55,614 bases of DNA, from assembly GCA_035711365.1 (NCBI GenBank), contig DASTCF010000086.1, forward strand, positions 1-55,614, in the 5' to 3' direction. The notes below the pieces were generated by a model, which was not told the DNA's origin, searched no databases, and saw nothing but the letters and a program-made list of their open reading frames with translations. The position numbers and the translations under genes are program-made. Source of the stretch: Gemmatimonadales bacterium (lineage in GTDB: Bacteria > Gemmatimonadota > Gemmatimonadetes > Gemmatimonadales > GWC2-71-9). Positions 34,190 through 43,228 of the stretch are shown here, piece after piece; the first letter of the stretch is position 1; each line of letters begins with the position of its first letter.

Positions 34190-35473
34190 ATGGTTCGATT
34201 CCACTGGCGCCGCGCCCATGTGGCGGCCTTCCTGCTCCCCGTCATCGCGATGCCCGCCAGCGCCCAGCGGGGCGGAACCATCGAGATCATGCCGCTCGCC
34301 CGATACACATTCTTCTACGATTCCCTGGCCCTCAAGAACACCCTGGGGATCGGACTGGGATTCGGCATCTACTTCGTCCCAAGGCTGGCGCTCGAGGTTA
34401 CCGGATCTTATGCGGAGACCAACCTACAGGACTCGTCCCGCGTCACGGTGCTGCCGGTGCACGCGCGTTTCGTCGCGCATTTGCCGATCCGGCCACGGAC
34501 TTCGGCGCTACTTGGCCTCGGTTATGGCCGCTACTCGTACGGAGACGGCATGGATGCACACGAGGATGGACTCGCCGCCCTCGCGGGGCTTCGATTCTCG
34601 CTCGCTGAACGGCTGGGATTCCGGCTCGAGGGAACGGCGGACTACATCCCGACTCCGACCTCGAGCGCGGTTCGGGTCTGGACGTTTGGACTACAAGCGG
34701 GGATCTCAATTCTCGCCGGGCCGGTCGGCCCAGGAGATGCGGACCACGACGGTATCCTGAACCAGCTCGACCGGTGCCCTGGGACACCAGTCGGCGAGCG
34801 GGTTGATCCTACGGGCTGTCCCCTGCCGCGTGATGCGGATGGCGACGGGGTGCTGGACACGGCCGATCGCTGTCCCGAGAGTCCCGCGGGCCAGCGGGTG
34901 GATCTGAGTGGCTGCAGCGCGGACCTCGACGGTGACGGGGTGGAAAACACCCGCGATCGCTGCCCCGCGACCCCTGCAGGCGTCGCCGTGGACGACACCG
35001 GATGTCCGCCGGCACCGCCGCCCGCCGACACCGACGGTGATGGCGTGCCGGACGCCGCCGACCGGTGTCCCGCCACGCCACACGGCGGCCGGGTCGATGC
35101 GGTGGGGTGCAGCACGCTGTTCGAGCCCTCCCAACGGACCCTCGTCCTGCAAGGTGTGACCTTCGCAAGCGGAGCTGCCACGCTGAGCCAGGAAGCCGAA
35201 GGGACGTTGCGGGAAACCGCGACGGCGCTGATGCAGAACCCAAGTGCTCGCGTGGAAATTGCAGGCCACACCGATTCGACCGGCTCGCGGAGTGCCAATC
35301 TGCGGCTCTCGCGGGACCGGGCCCGCTCGGTGCGCGCCTTTCTCGTCGCCGCCGGCGTTCCCGCCGATCGGCTGACCACGGCCGGCTACGGGCCGGACGA
35401 ACCGATCGCCACCAACACAACAGCTGAAGGGCGGGCGGCGAACCGGCGCGTGGAACTGCGGCGGCGGGACTGA
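34190..35473 (+). CDS. OmpA-family outer-membrane protein with thrombospondin type-3 (Ca-binding) repeats
   Basis: Signal peptide (AFLLPVIAMPASAQ) and N-terminal beta-barrel-like region. Four TSP3-like repeats (DADGDGVLDTADRCP, DLDGDGVENTRDRCP, DTDGDGVPDAADRCP...). C-terminal OmpA domain (GHTDSTGSRSANLRLSRDRA...NRRVEL). Confidence 0.85.
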   Translation: MVRFHWRRAHVAAFLLPVIAMPASAQRGGTIEIMPLARYTFFYDSLALKNTLGIGLGFGIYFVPRLALEVTGSYAETNLQDSSRVTVLPVHARFVAHLPIRPRTSALLGLGYGRYSYGDGMDAHEDGLAALAGLRFSLAERLGFRLEGTADYIPTPTSSAVRVWTFGLQAGISILAGPVGPGDADHDGILNQLDRCPGTPVGERVDPTGCPLPRDADGDGVLDTADRCPESPAGQRVDLSGCSADLDGDGVENTRDRCPATPAGVAVDDTGCPPAPPPADTDGDGVPDAADRCPATPHGGRVDAVGCSTLFEPSQRTLVLQGVTFASGAATLSQEAEGTLRETATALMQNPSARVEIAGHTDSTGSRSANLRLSRDRARSVRAFLVAAGVPADRLTTAGYGPDEPIATNTTAEGRAANRRVELRRRD

Positions 35474-35543
35474 CCAACCGACTTGGACTACCCAGGCAGC
35501 CTGGATACAAACCCCGAAACCCTCGGCGGCATCCCACCTTACG

Positions 35544-36059
35544 GTGACCGACCTGATCGCACGCGCCCGCGAGGGCGACCAGGCTGCGTTCCGCGAGCTG
35601 TACGAGACCCACGTGGGCAGGGTCTATGCCCTCTGTCTCCGGCTCACGGCCGACCCGGCGCACGCTGAAGAGCTCACTCAGGATGCTTTTGTGCGCGCCT
35701 GGGAACGGCTCGGCTCGTTCCGGGGCGAGAGTGCGTTCAGCACCTGGCTCCACCGGCTCACGGTCAACGTCGTCCTGCAAGAACGCCGTACAGTGGGCAG
35801 ACGGGACCGTCGCGTGACGCTCACTGATGATCCGGACGCACTCGGCAGCTTCAGCCGATCCACTTCGCCGACCGACCGGATTGATCTCGACGGGGCGATC
35901 GCCAGGCTCCCACCCGGTGCGCGGGCGGTTTTCGTCCTTCATGACGTCGAAGGGTACAAGCACGAGGAAATCGCAGCCATGACGGGCATTGCAGAGGGTA
36001 CATCCAAGACCCAGTTATTCCGCGCCCGCCGCCTGTTGCGGGAGGCACTGAACCGATGA
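35544..36059 (+). CDS. ECF (sigma-24 type) RNA polymerase sigma factor
   Basis: Region 2 (FRELYETHVGRVYALCLRLT...AEELTQDAFVRAW, STWLHRLTVN) and region 4 (EGYKHEEIAAMTGIAEGTSKTQLFRARRLLRE). GTG start. Confidence 0.85.
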   Translation: MTDLIARAREGDQAAFRELYETHVGRVYALCLRLTADPAHAEELTQDAFVRAWERLGSFRGESAFSTWLHRLTVNVVLQERRTVGRRDRRVTLTDDPDALGSFSRSTSPTDRIDLDGAIARLPPGARAVFVLHDVEGYKHEEIAAMTGIAEGTSKTQLFRARRLLREALNR

Positions 36060-36703
36060 CCTGCTCCGAACTCGACGACGTCCTGGACGCGTATCTCGAC
36101 GGGACACTCGTCCCTGCGCAGCGCGAGATCGCGGAGGCGCACCTCGCCGGGTGTCCCGAGTGCCGCGTGCGAGCCGACGCCCTGCGCAGCCTGCTCGCGG
36201 ACGCGCGGGCCTTGCCGCCGGAGATCCGGCCCGCGAGGGAGCTCTGGCCGGAGATCGCATCCCGGCTGGACGCTTCCGTAGTGCGGGTCTTCAAGACCCG
36301 GCCGCAACCCAAGCGGCGGTGGGCTCCGCTCGCCGCGGCCGCCGTCCTGTTGGTAGCGGTCTCCGTCCTGCTGACGCTGCAGTTTGCGACGTCGCGTACT
36401 ACGACTCCGGCGCTCCCGCCTGTCGCGGGAGTGATCCCCGCAGGCACGAAATCGATGGACGCGGATTTCGTGCGGGCGGCAGTGGACCTGGAGCAGGCGT
36501 TGGCCGAACAGCGTGATCACCTGGCACCTTCCACAATCGCGACCCTCGAGCGCAACCTGGCCGTGATCGATCGGGCCATCGAGGAATCGCGCGCAGCGCT
36601 TGCTGCCGACCCCGCCAATCGAGACCTGCGCGCGCTGCTGCTGGGCGCGCACCGCCAGAAACTGGACCTGCTGGAGCGGGCTACCCGCTCGACCCGGAGC
36701 TGA
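36056..36703 (+). CDS. anti-sigma factor (zf-HC2 type), single-pass membrane protein
   Basis: N-terminal H-x3-C-x2-C motif (AHLAGCPEC); TM helix WAPLAAAAVLLVAVSVLL. ATGA overlap with the sigma-factor gene. Confidence 0.8.
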   Translation: MTCSELDDVLDAYLDGTLVPAQREIAEAHLAGCPECRVRADALRSLLADARALPPEIRPARELWPEIASRLDASVVRVFKTRPQPKRRWAPLAAAAVLLVAVSVLLTLQFATSRTTTPALPPVAGVIPAGTKSMDADFVRAAVDLEQALAEQRDHLAPSTIATLERNLAVIDRAIEESRAALAADPANRDLRALLLGAHRQKLDLLERATRSTRS

Positions 36704-36705
36704 CC

Positions 36706-37596
36706 ATGGGGTTTCGCCTTCCTTTGCTCCTCATCCTGCTTGCGGCCATCCCCTGGCCCACGGCGGCGCAGGGTCGGATCGAGCGCGGCCTGGCGATCTC
36801 GCCCGAGGCGGCGGTGAGGGTGTTCAACCTGGCCGGCACCGTTCGGGTGACCGCATGGGATCGCGACAGCATCGCAGTCACTGCCAGCGTCCCGAAGGGA
36901 GGAGGCTCCTTCTATTTCGGCGGGAGCGCGGCCGCCGTCAAAATGTCGGTCGAACCGCCGCCGGGGGTTGCGACGGTGCCAGGCTCGGTGATCGAGGTCA
37001 AGGTTCCGCCTCGCACGCGGGTGTGGGTCAAGACCGAGAGCGCGGAAATCCTGGTCAGCGGCCTGACCGGATCGGTGGACCTCTCCACCGTCAGTGGGCG
37101 AATCTGGGTGGAGGGAAGCCTCCGCCAGCTTGCCGCCGAGTCGATGGATGGAAGCGTCCAGGTTGACGGTCAGAATGGGCTGGTCCGGCTCCGGAGCGCG
37201 AGTGGTACGCTCGTGCTCCGTGGCACGGCGGAGGACGCCACCCTGACCACCGTCAGCGGCACGGTTGCCGTCGGGACGCACCTGCTGGGGCGGGGTCGCT
37301 TCGAGTCGGTGAGCGGAGGGATTTCCTTCAAGAGCGGTCTCGCGGCCGGCGGTTCCTTCACCTTTGAGAGTCATAGCGGCGATATCGAGCTGCGGTTATC
37401 CCCGTCCGCGGACGCCGCGCTCGACCTCACCGCGGTCGAGGGCCGCATCGTCAATGAGTACAGCAAGCAGCAGCCCAGGACTGGCCGGAGTGGCAAGGGG
37501 CAGGTCCTGACTCTCTTCCGTGGGCAGGGAGCCGCCGACGTCGTGGCCCGGACCTTCAAGGGGACGATCTCGGTGCAGCCCCAAACGATTCCCTGA
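36706..37596 (+). CDS. DUF4097-like beta-strand-repeat protein (putative adhesin family)
   Basis: Signal peptide. Repeated G-x-I/V-x-V strand motifs (GTVRVTAWD, GSVDLSTVSGRIWVEG, GDIELRL) typical of the third gene in ECF sigma/anti-sigma operons. Confidence 0.6.
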   Translation: MGFRLPLLLILLAAIPWPTAAQGRIERGLAISPEAAVRVFNLAGTVRVTAWDRDSIAVTASVPKGGGSFYFGGSAAAVKMSVEPPPGVATVPGSVIEVKVPPRTRVWVKTESAEILVSGLTGSVDLSTVSGRIWVEGSLRQLAAESMDGSVQVDGQNGLVRLRSASGTLVLRGTAEDATLTTVSGTVAVGTHLLGRGRFESVSGGISFKSGLAAGGSFTFESHSGDIELRLSPSADAALDLTAVEGRIVNEYSKQQPRTGRSGKGQVLTLFRGQGAADVVARTFKGTISVQPQTIP

Positions 37597-37657
37597 CCGC
37601 CGGCATCCAAGGGAACGAACCCGGAAGTCATCGAACCCTGTCCCGGAGGATGCCGTC

Positions 37658-38230
37658 ATGCGTCATCGAATCCTGACACCGGCCCTGGCCCTCGCCGGCC
37701 TGCTGGCCGCAACGCCCGCCCACGCCGGCCCGCCGTGGATTTCAATCGAGCTCCCGGCGAACCCGCTCGACGCGACGACCCGCGGGGCGTACCTGCTCGT
37801 TCACACCTTCCACCACGAGACCGTCGTGCGGCAGTACCTCGAGGGCCGCGCGGAGGGAATGGTGAACGGCAAGCGAGTGACTGTGCCGCTCAGTTTCACC
37901 CTTACCTCCCGCGACAACGTGAGGGCCCTGAAGAAGAATTGGGCTTCCGAGGGCGCCTGGGTGCTCGTCCTGACCGCGGGCGGCCCGGAGGGCGCCACCG
38001 CGCTGGTTGGCATCGGTACAGACGGCGAGGTCCGCTCGATCAAGGTCCCTTCGCGGAATGAGCGTGGCTATACGGTGCCGACCAAGGTCACCCCGGCCGA
38101 TGTGGACGCCGCCCTGCGGCAGATGGTGGCACTGGATTCCCCGAGCCAAGCCCCGGCCGGCCGTGACCTGGCGCTCGGACTCCTGCTGGCGGTGCCCGCC
38201 GGCGCGTTGATCTTTCGCCGTCGCGGTTGA
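37658..38230 (+). CDS. secreted protein of unknown function with C-terminal hydrophobic anchor plus RRR tail
   Basis: ATG at 37658, 7 nt after GGAGGA. Signal peptide MRHRILTPALALAGLLAATPAHA. C-terminus LALGLLLAVPAGALIFRRRG. The ORF part 37520-37657 is judged spurious. Confidence 0.6.
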   Translation: MRHRILTPALALAGLLAATPAHAGPPWISIELPANPLDATTRGAYLLVHTFHHETVVRQYLEGRAEGMVNGKRVTVPLSFTLTSRDNVRALKKNWASEGAWVLVLTAGGPEGATALVGIGTDGEVRSIKVPSRNERGYTVPTKVTPADVDAALRQMVALDSPSQAPAGRDLALGLLLAVPAGALIFRRRG

Positions 38231-38251
38231 TCGTTCCAGTTTCCGCGTGAG

Positions 38252-38281
38252 CGCGCCCCACCGCGTCCGCGGTGGGGCGCG
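38252..38281 (+). terminator. GC-rich hairpin, candidate intrinsic terminator
   Basis: CGCGCCCCACCGCG-TC-CGCGGTGGGGCGCG: perfect 14-nt inverted arms starting 22 nt after the stop at 38230. Only a weak T tract follows (TTCGCG). Confidence 0.5.
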
Positions 38282-38384
38282 TTCGCGTCACGCAAGCTTG
38301 ACGTAACCCCATTGACGGCACAACATTCGCTCCTTCCCCCGACGAGAATCCGCCACGGCAGGCCCGCCGGCACATCGAGGTGTC

Positions 38385-41246
38385 ATGAACGACGCGCTGC
38401 TGACGCGAGTCAGGCAGGCGCTCGCTCCGACGTACGCCGTCGAGCGGGAGTTGGCGAGTGGCGGGATGGGTGTCATCTACCTCGCGCGCGACCGCGTGCT
38501 TGATCGCCAGGTCGCGATCAAGGTACTTCGACCCGAACTCGCCACTGCACTCGCCGCCGAGCGATTCCAGCTCGAAGCCCGACTCCTGGCTAAGCTCCGG
38601 CATCCCCACGTGGTACCGGTGTTCGTGGCCAGCGAGGCAGACGGGCTTTCCCATTATGTGATGGAATACATCGAGGGCGGGACCCTCGAGGACCGGCTCG
38701 CATCCGGGCCGCTACCGGCCGGCGAGGCACTCACTCTCGCAAACCAGCTGCTCGACGCGCTCGAGGCCGTGCATGGCCACGGCATCGTCCATCGCGACAT
38801 CAAGCCTTCCAACATCTTCCTGGTTCACGGTCGCGCCATCCTGACAGATTTCGGGATTGCGCGCAGCGAGGGCGCACCGGCATCGACCCTCAGCACTCCC
38901 GGATCCCTGGTAGGCACTCCCGCCTACATGGCCCCGGAGCAGCTGGCGATGCAGCCGGCGACCGCTCGATCTGATCTGTATTCGCTCGGGATGGTGCTGT
39001 TCGAGGCGGCAACGGGGCGTCGATGGGAGCCCCTCGGCGACCCGGATCGCGCCGACTGGACCGGGATGCCGCCGGCGCTGGCCAGCGCTCTGCGCCGAGC
39101 CCTCGCGGTCGATCCGGCCGGCCGATGGCCGAGCGCAAGAGATTTCCGTTTGGCCGTGGCGGGAGCCTCGTCTTCGAGCCGGCGCCGCCGCGCGTGGTTC
39201 GCTGCGATCGCCGCCGGCGCGGGGGTGATCCTCTGGTGGGCCGTATGGCCAGGGCCGGGTCCACAGGTGTCCGAGCGACACCTGGCCGTGTTGCCGTTCG
39301 AGGTGCTGGGTACGCCCGATGACCCGCTCGGACAGCTTGTGTCCGATCAGACGCACATGCACCTCGAGTGGTTTCCGGGCGTGACGCGTGTCCCTGTTCG
39401 ACGCGCCGCCCGATGGTGGAAGGAGACTGGTGAACAAACCGGCGCCGATCCGGCCCGGGCCGCGCGGGACCTCCACGCGCGCTATGCCGTCGCCGGTCAA
39501 CTCTATCGCAAGGGAAGCTCGCTCGAGCTCAAGATATCGGTATCCGATGGCCATGGCGGGGCGCCCGTGCCTCCCTTCAACGTGCCCGGCGACACCGCAC
39601 ATCCGGAGGAATTAGGACGCCTGGCCGCCTATGAAATCGGCACCCGGGTCTTTCGAATGCGCTCCGTGGCCAGAACCGATTTCACCAACCTGGCGAGTCG
39701 CAATCCGGAGGCCGCAGGGCACTTTGCACAGGGCGAGGCACTGTTCGAGCGCGACGCCTGGCACTCCGCGTCCGAGTTTTATGCCCTCGCCGCCCGGGCA
39801 GATTCGAGCTTTGCGCTGGCCCGCTGGCGGCACGTGATCACGCTGCTCTGGGCGCGCGAGCCCTTCGAGGAAGAACTCCGAGCCCTTTACGCCTGTTGCA
39901 GCGACCGGCTTCCGGCGCATGACCGTGAGACCATCGCGGCGATGCTGGAGCCGGATCTGCGTGCCAGGATCGCGCGCTATGCGGCACTCGCCCGGCGCTA
40001 CCAGAGTGAAGGCTACGTGCCGCTCCTGTATGCGAGCGAGCTGTTCCATCGCGGCCCGCTCATCGGCATCGGACTCGAGGAGTCGGTGCGGTGGTTCGAG
40101 GCCGCCGTCAACGCCAACCCCACCTCCACCCCGGCGCCAGCCTACGACCACTTGGTGTGGGCCAATATCCGTCTCGGCAATCGCGCGGAAGCCAGGGGCT
40201 GGCTCCGGCGGCGCGCCGCTCTTGGAAATGCCGCCGGTGAACCACCCATCGACCAGTTCCTCGCACTGGGTTACGACTCCCGGTGGGCCCCGGCCAGGGC
40301 ACGGTTCAAGCTCTGGTGGATGGGACGCATGATGGCCGCGGAGGATTTCGAGACGCTCTCACGCTGGTTCCGCTTCGCCGCGACGTTCGACTTGCCCGAA
40401 ACACTGCTCCTGGTCGGTGATGCCATCCTGGCACGGCACCCTACCGCGACGGTCCGCGCAACCGCGCACCAGGGACAGGCGATCGGCCTCTTCATGCGCG
40501 GCCGGATGACCGACGGCTGGGCGCGACTGGATTCGGTCGTGGCGCTCATCGCCTCTCCCGAGGCCAGGCTCCAGCACGCGGAGTGGCCCCTGATGCTGCC
40601 CCTGCTCGGTCTGCCGGTCGCCGATACCGGGAGGGTGGCGCGCGCGCGCAGAACTCTCGCAACCCTCGCCGAGCCGCAAGGCGGTGAATCGCGGATGCGA
40701 GCGGTCTGGTCGCTTTCGCTGGACGCCGTTGCCCGGGGCGACTCACTCCGCGCCCGTGCTCTCGGCGATACGTTGCTGACAGCCAGTACCCGGGATTCCG
40801 CTGCAGCCCGCCTGAGCCAGTTGCTCGAAGCCATCATGCTCTCTCGGACGGATCCGGCAGCCGCCCTCTCGGCGACGGATGAGCTGATCGCCCTCGACCG
40901 GCCCGATCCGGGGGAGGACGTATTTGCGCGCAGCCTGACCCACCTGGAGCGGGCAAGGTGGCTGATGCGGCTGGACCGGGATTCGCTGGCCGAGCGGGAG
41001 CTGCTCTGGTACGAGAACTCTGACACGTATCGGCTTCCCATCGGGGAGGCGCAGAAGTCCGAGGTGGATGCCGTGGCGAGCGTGCCGGCCCGCATCGAGC
41101 GCGCCCGCCTTCTGGCGCGGCGGGGAGAGCGGGACGAGGCCTGCCGCCATCTGACCCGAGTCCGCCAACTCTGGACCGCCGCGGACAGCTCGATGAGTCC
41201 GGTGCGCCACCGAGCAGACTCCCTGCATGCGGAGGTGTGCCGGTGA
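38385..41246 (+). CDS. receptor-type Ser/Thr protein kinase with single TM helix and ~600-aa TPR-like extracytoplasmic region
   Basis: Hanks motifs: VAIKVL, HRDIKPSNIF, DFGIA, GTPAYMAPE. TM helix WFAAIAAGAGVILWWAVW. Helical-repeat C-terminus. Confidence 0.85.
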   Translation: MNDALLTRVRQALAPTYAVERELASGGMGVIYLARDRVLDRQVAIKVLRPELATALAAERFQLEARLLAKLRHPHVVPVFVASEADGLSHYVMEYIEGGTLEDRLASGPLPAGEALTLANQLLDALEAVHGHGIVHRDIKPSNIFLVHGRAILTDFGIARSEGAPASTLSTPGSLVGTPAYMAPEQLAMQPATARSDLYSLGMVLFEAATGRRWEPLGDPDRADWTGMPPALASALRRALAVDPAGRWPSARDFRLAVAGASSSSRRRRAWFAAIAAGAGVILWWAVWPGPGPQVSERHLAVLPFEVLGTPDDPLGQLVSDQTHMHLEWFPGVTRVPVRRAARWWKETGEQTGADPARAARDLHARYAVAGQLYRKGSSLELKISVSDGHGGAPVPPFNVPGDTAHPEELGRLAAYEIGTRVFRMRSVARTDFTNLASRNPEAAGHFAQGEALFERDAWHSASEFYALAARADSSFALARWRHVITLLWAREPFEEELRALYACCSDRLPAHDRETIAAMLEPDLRARIARYAALARRYQSEGYVPLLYASELFHRGPLIGIGLEESVRWFEAAVNANPTSTPAPAYDHLVWANIRLGNRAEARGWLRRRAALGNAAGEPPIDQFLALGYDSRWAPARARFKLWWMGRMMAAEDFETLSRWFRFAATFDLPETLLLVGDAILARHPTATVRATAHQGQAIGLFMRGRMTDGWARLDSVVALIASPEARLQHAEWPLMLPLLGLPVADTGRVARARRTLATLAEPQGGESRMRAVWSLSLDAVARGDSLRARALGDTLLTASTRDSAAARLSQLLEAIMLSRTDPAAALSATDELIALDRPDPGEDVFARSLTHLERARWLMRLDRDSLAERELLWYENSDTYRLPIGEAQKSEVDAVASVPARIERARLLARRGERDEACRHLTRVRQLWTAADSSMSPVRHRADSLHAEVCR

Positions 41247-43147
41247 TCCAGTGCAGAGTGCTCGGCCCACCAGATCTCACAGTCGAAGGTGGCGCGCCGC
41301 CGGCCGAACTTCTCTGGCGGAAGAACCTGGCCCTGCTGGTCTACCTGGCCCTTTCACCGAGGCGGACGCGCGCGCGGGACCACCTGATCGGTCTCCTGTG
41401 GAGCGACAAGCCAGAATCCGCGGCGCGGCACTCACTCAATGAGGCACTCCGGGTGCTGCGCCGGGCCGTCGGGGACGACGGCATCATCAGCGATCCGACG
41501 ACGGTCCGGCTCGGAGATGGCGCGATCGAACTGGACACCGAAGCTTTCGCGACTCACGAGTCCGAGGGCCGGTGGGCCGAGGCTGCAATCCTGGCCGGCG
41601 GCGAGTTTCTGGAGGGATTCGCCGTGCCGGGCGCGTCGGGGTTTGAGGATTGGATGGCCGCCGAACGATCGGCGTGGCGCCGTCGCGCCGTGTCGGCCCT
41701 GGTCCGGGCCGCCGAAGCTGCCCTCGGCAGGGCCCGGACCGGTGAGGCCTGCGGACTCGCTGAGCGCGCCGTTGCCCTGGATCCGGCGTCGAGTGCCGGG
41801 CAGCTGGCGCTGCTCCGTGCCCTCGCCGTCGCCGGCGACCGGGCCGGGGCGCTCCGGCGATTCGCGGAGTATGCCAGTCTGGTGCGCGACCAGGTCGGGA
41901 CCGCACCGGATCCCGAGGTCTCCGCACTGGCCGAGCGCATCCGCCGGGAACGCATACCTCCTCCGGTCGATTCTCAGCGGACCGAGACCCCGAGCCGCCG
42001 GCTCCCACTCGTCGATCGAGATGGCCCGATGACCATCGGGCTCGAGGCGTGGCGAAGTGCCCGTCTCGAGCATCGCACCGCCATCTTCCTGATCACCGCC
42101 GGCGCAGGGCTCGGGAAGACTCGACTGGCCGAAGAGTTGATGGCCCGGGCGCGCCTTGACGGTGCGGCCACGCTCGCCGTGCGCGGGGTGGCCGCGGATC
42201 GGGAGGCGCCGTGGAATGGGATCATCGGACTTGCCCGCGGGGGGCTCCTTTCGACGTCTGGCATCGCCGCCGCAACACCTGCCGCGCACGCCGCCTTCGC
42301 GGAACGGATTCCGGAATGGGCGGACCGCTTTCCCGGCAGCCGGGGGGCGCAACCGGCGCCCCTAGGGAGCGCGTTCGTGGAGGTCATCCGGGCCGCGGCC
42401 GAGGAACAGCCGCTGGTCATTCTCGCAGATGATGCGCACATGATTGACCGGGAGTCGGTCCTCGCGCTGGAGCAGTTGTCGCGGGACTTGCCGACCGCCC
42501 CGCTGCTGATCCTGCTGGCGGCCGAACCGACTCCACCCCGCGAGGAACTCGATGTGCTGAGTGCCCGGCTCGGTCGCGACGCGCACGGGGCGAGCATCGT
42601 GCTTGAGCCGCTGGCGCAGTCCGGCATTCGCGCGCTCGCGGCGGCTGCCTTCCCCAAATACGACGATGCCGAGCTCGATCGCCTCACCCGCCGTGTCGCG
42701 ACGGACTCCGCGGGGCTCCCGCTGCTTGCGGTCGAGATCCTCAACGCCGTCGCGTCCGGGCTGGACCTCAGGGGCACGACGGGTGCCTGGCCTGAGCCTT
42801 TTCACACGCTCACGCAGACGACGCCTGGTGGGCTGCCGGACACGGTGGTCGCGGCCATTCGTGTGGGCTTCCGGCGTCTGCCCGCCGAGGCGCAGACTGT
42901 CCTCGGCGCGGCGGCGGCGCTTGGGGGTCGGGTGACGGCGCGCACGCTTGCGTCGGCGACCGGCCTTTCCCCGGTGGTGACCGATGGGGCGCTCGACGAG
43001 CTCGAATGGCAGCGGTGGCTGGTCGCGGACGTTCAGGGCTACAGTTTCGTCGCAGCGATCGTGGCACAGGTCGTGGAGATGGACATGATCACCCCGGGTC
43101 AGCGGCGCCGGTTCCGTGACGCATCCACGGCCGGGGAGGGCGCTTGA
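41237..43147 (+). CDS. SARP-type winged-helix + BTAD + AAA/NB-ARC-like P-loop regulator
   Basis: N-terminus VLGPPDLTVEGG...WRKNLALLVYLAL...RDHLIGLLWSD (OmpR/SARP wHTH), BTAD-like helical segment, and Walker A ITAGAGLGKTRLAEEL. GTG at 41237 (or GTG at 41243 giving a GTGA overlap) overlaps the kinase stop at 41244-41246. Confidence 0.75.
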   Translation: MPVIQCRVLGPPDLTVEGGAPPAELLWRKNLALLVYLALSPRRTRARDHLIGLLWSDKPESAARHSLNEALRVLRRAVGDDGIISDPTTVRLGDGAIELDTEAFATHESEGRWAEAAILAGGEFLEGFAVPGASGFEDWMAAERSAWRRRAVSALVRAAEAALGRARTGEACGLAERAVALDPASSAGQLALLRALAVAGDRAGALRRFAEYASLVRDQVGTAPDPEVSALAERIRRERIPPPVDSQRTETPSRRLPLVDRDGPMTIGLEAWRSARLEHRTAIFLITAGAGLGKTRLAEELMARARLDGAATLAVRGVAADREAPWNGIIGLARGGLLSTSGIAAATPAAHAAFAERIPEWADRFPGSRGAQPAPLGSAFVEVIRAAAEEQPLVILADDAHMIDRESVLALEQLSRDLPTAPLLILLAAEPTPPREELDVLSARLGRDAHGASIVLEPLAQSGIRALAAAAFPKYDDAELDRLTRRVATDSAGLPLLAVEILNAVASGLDLRGTTGAWPEPFHTLTQTTPGGLPDTVVAAIRVGFRRLPAEAQTVLGAAAALGGRVTARTLASATGLSPVVTDGALDELEWQRWLVADVQGYSFVAAIVAQVVEMDMITPGQRRRFRDASTAGEGA

Positions 43148-43228
43148 CGCTGGCTTGATGCCCTGGGCCGAAGCTCCGGCCGTTCCCAACCATGCCGGTT
43201 GGGGCGCCACATCGAGCCCGGAGGCAGC

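Noticed and set aside
34735-35110. Periodic DNA repeat that might be mistaken for a repeat array
   Set aside because: It is in frame within the OmpA-family gene and encodes four thrombospondin type-3 Ca-binding repeats (D-x-D-x-D-G-x-x-D-x-x-D-x-C-P). It is not a CRISPR or a non-coding repeat.
35511-35546. Possible ECF-type autoregulated promoter (GAAAC ... ) just upstream of the sigma-factor GTG
   Set aside because: I found no convincing CGT-type -10 element at the right spacing, and the site would leave no leader. The evidence is too weak to call.
38296-38335. TTGACG-N17-CAACAT sigma70-like promoter upstream of the Ser/Thr kinase gene, and a nearby CGTCA...TGACG inverted repeat around an AAGCTT centre
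   Set aside because: The -10 is poor (CAACAT) and the inverted repeat is imperfect. It is plausible but not supportable without TSS data.
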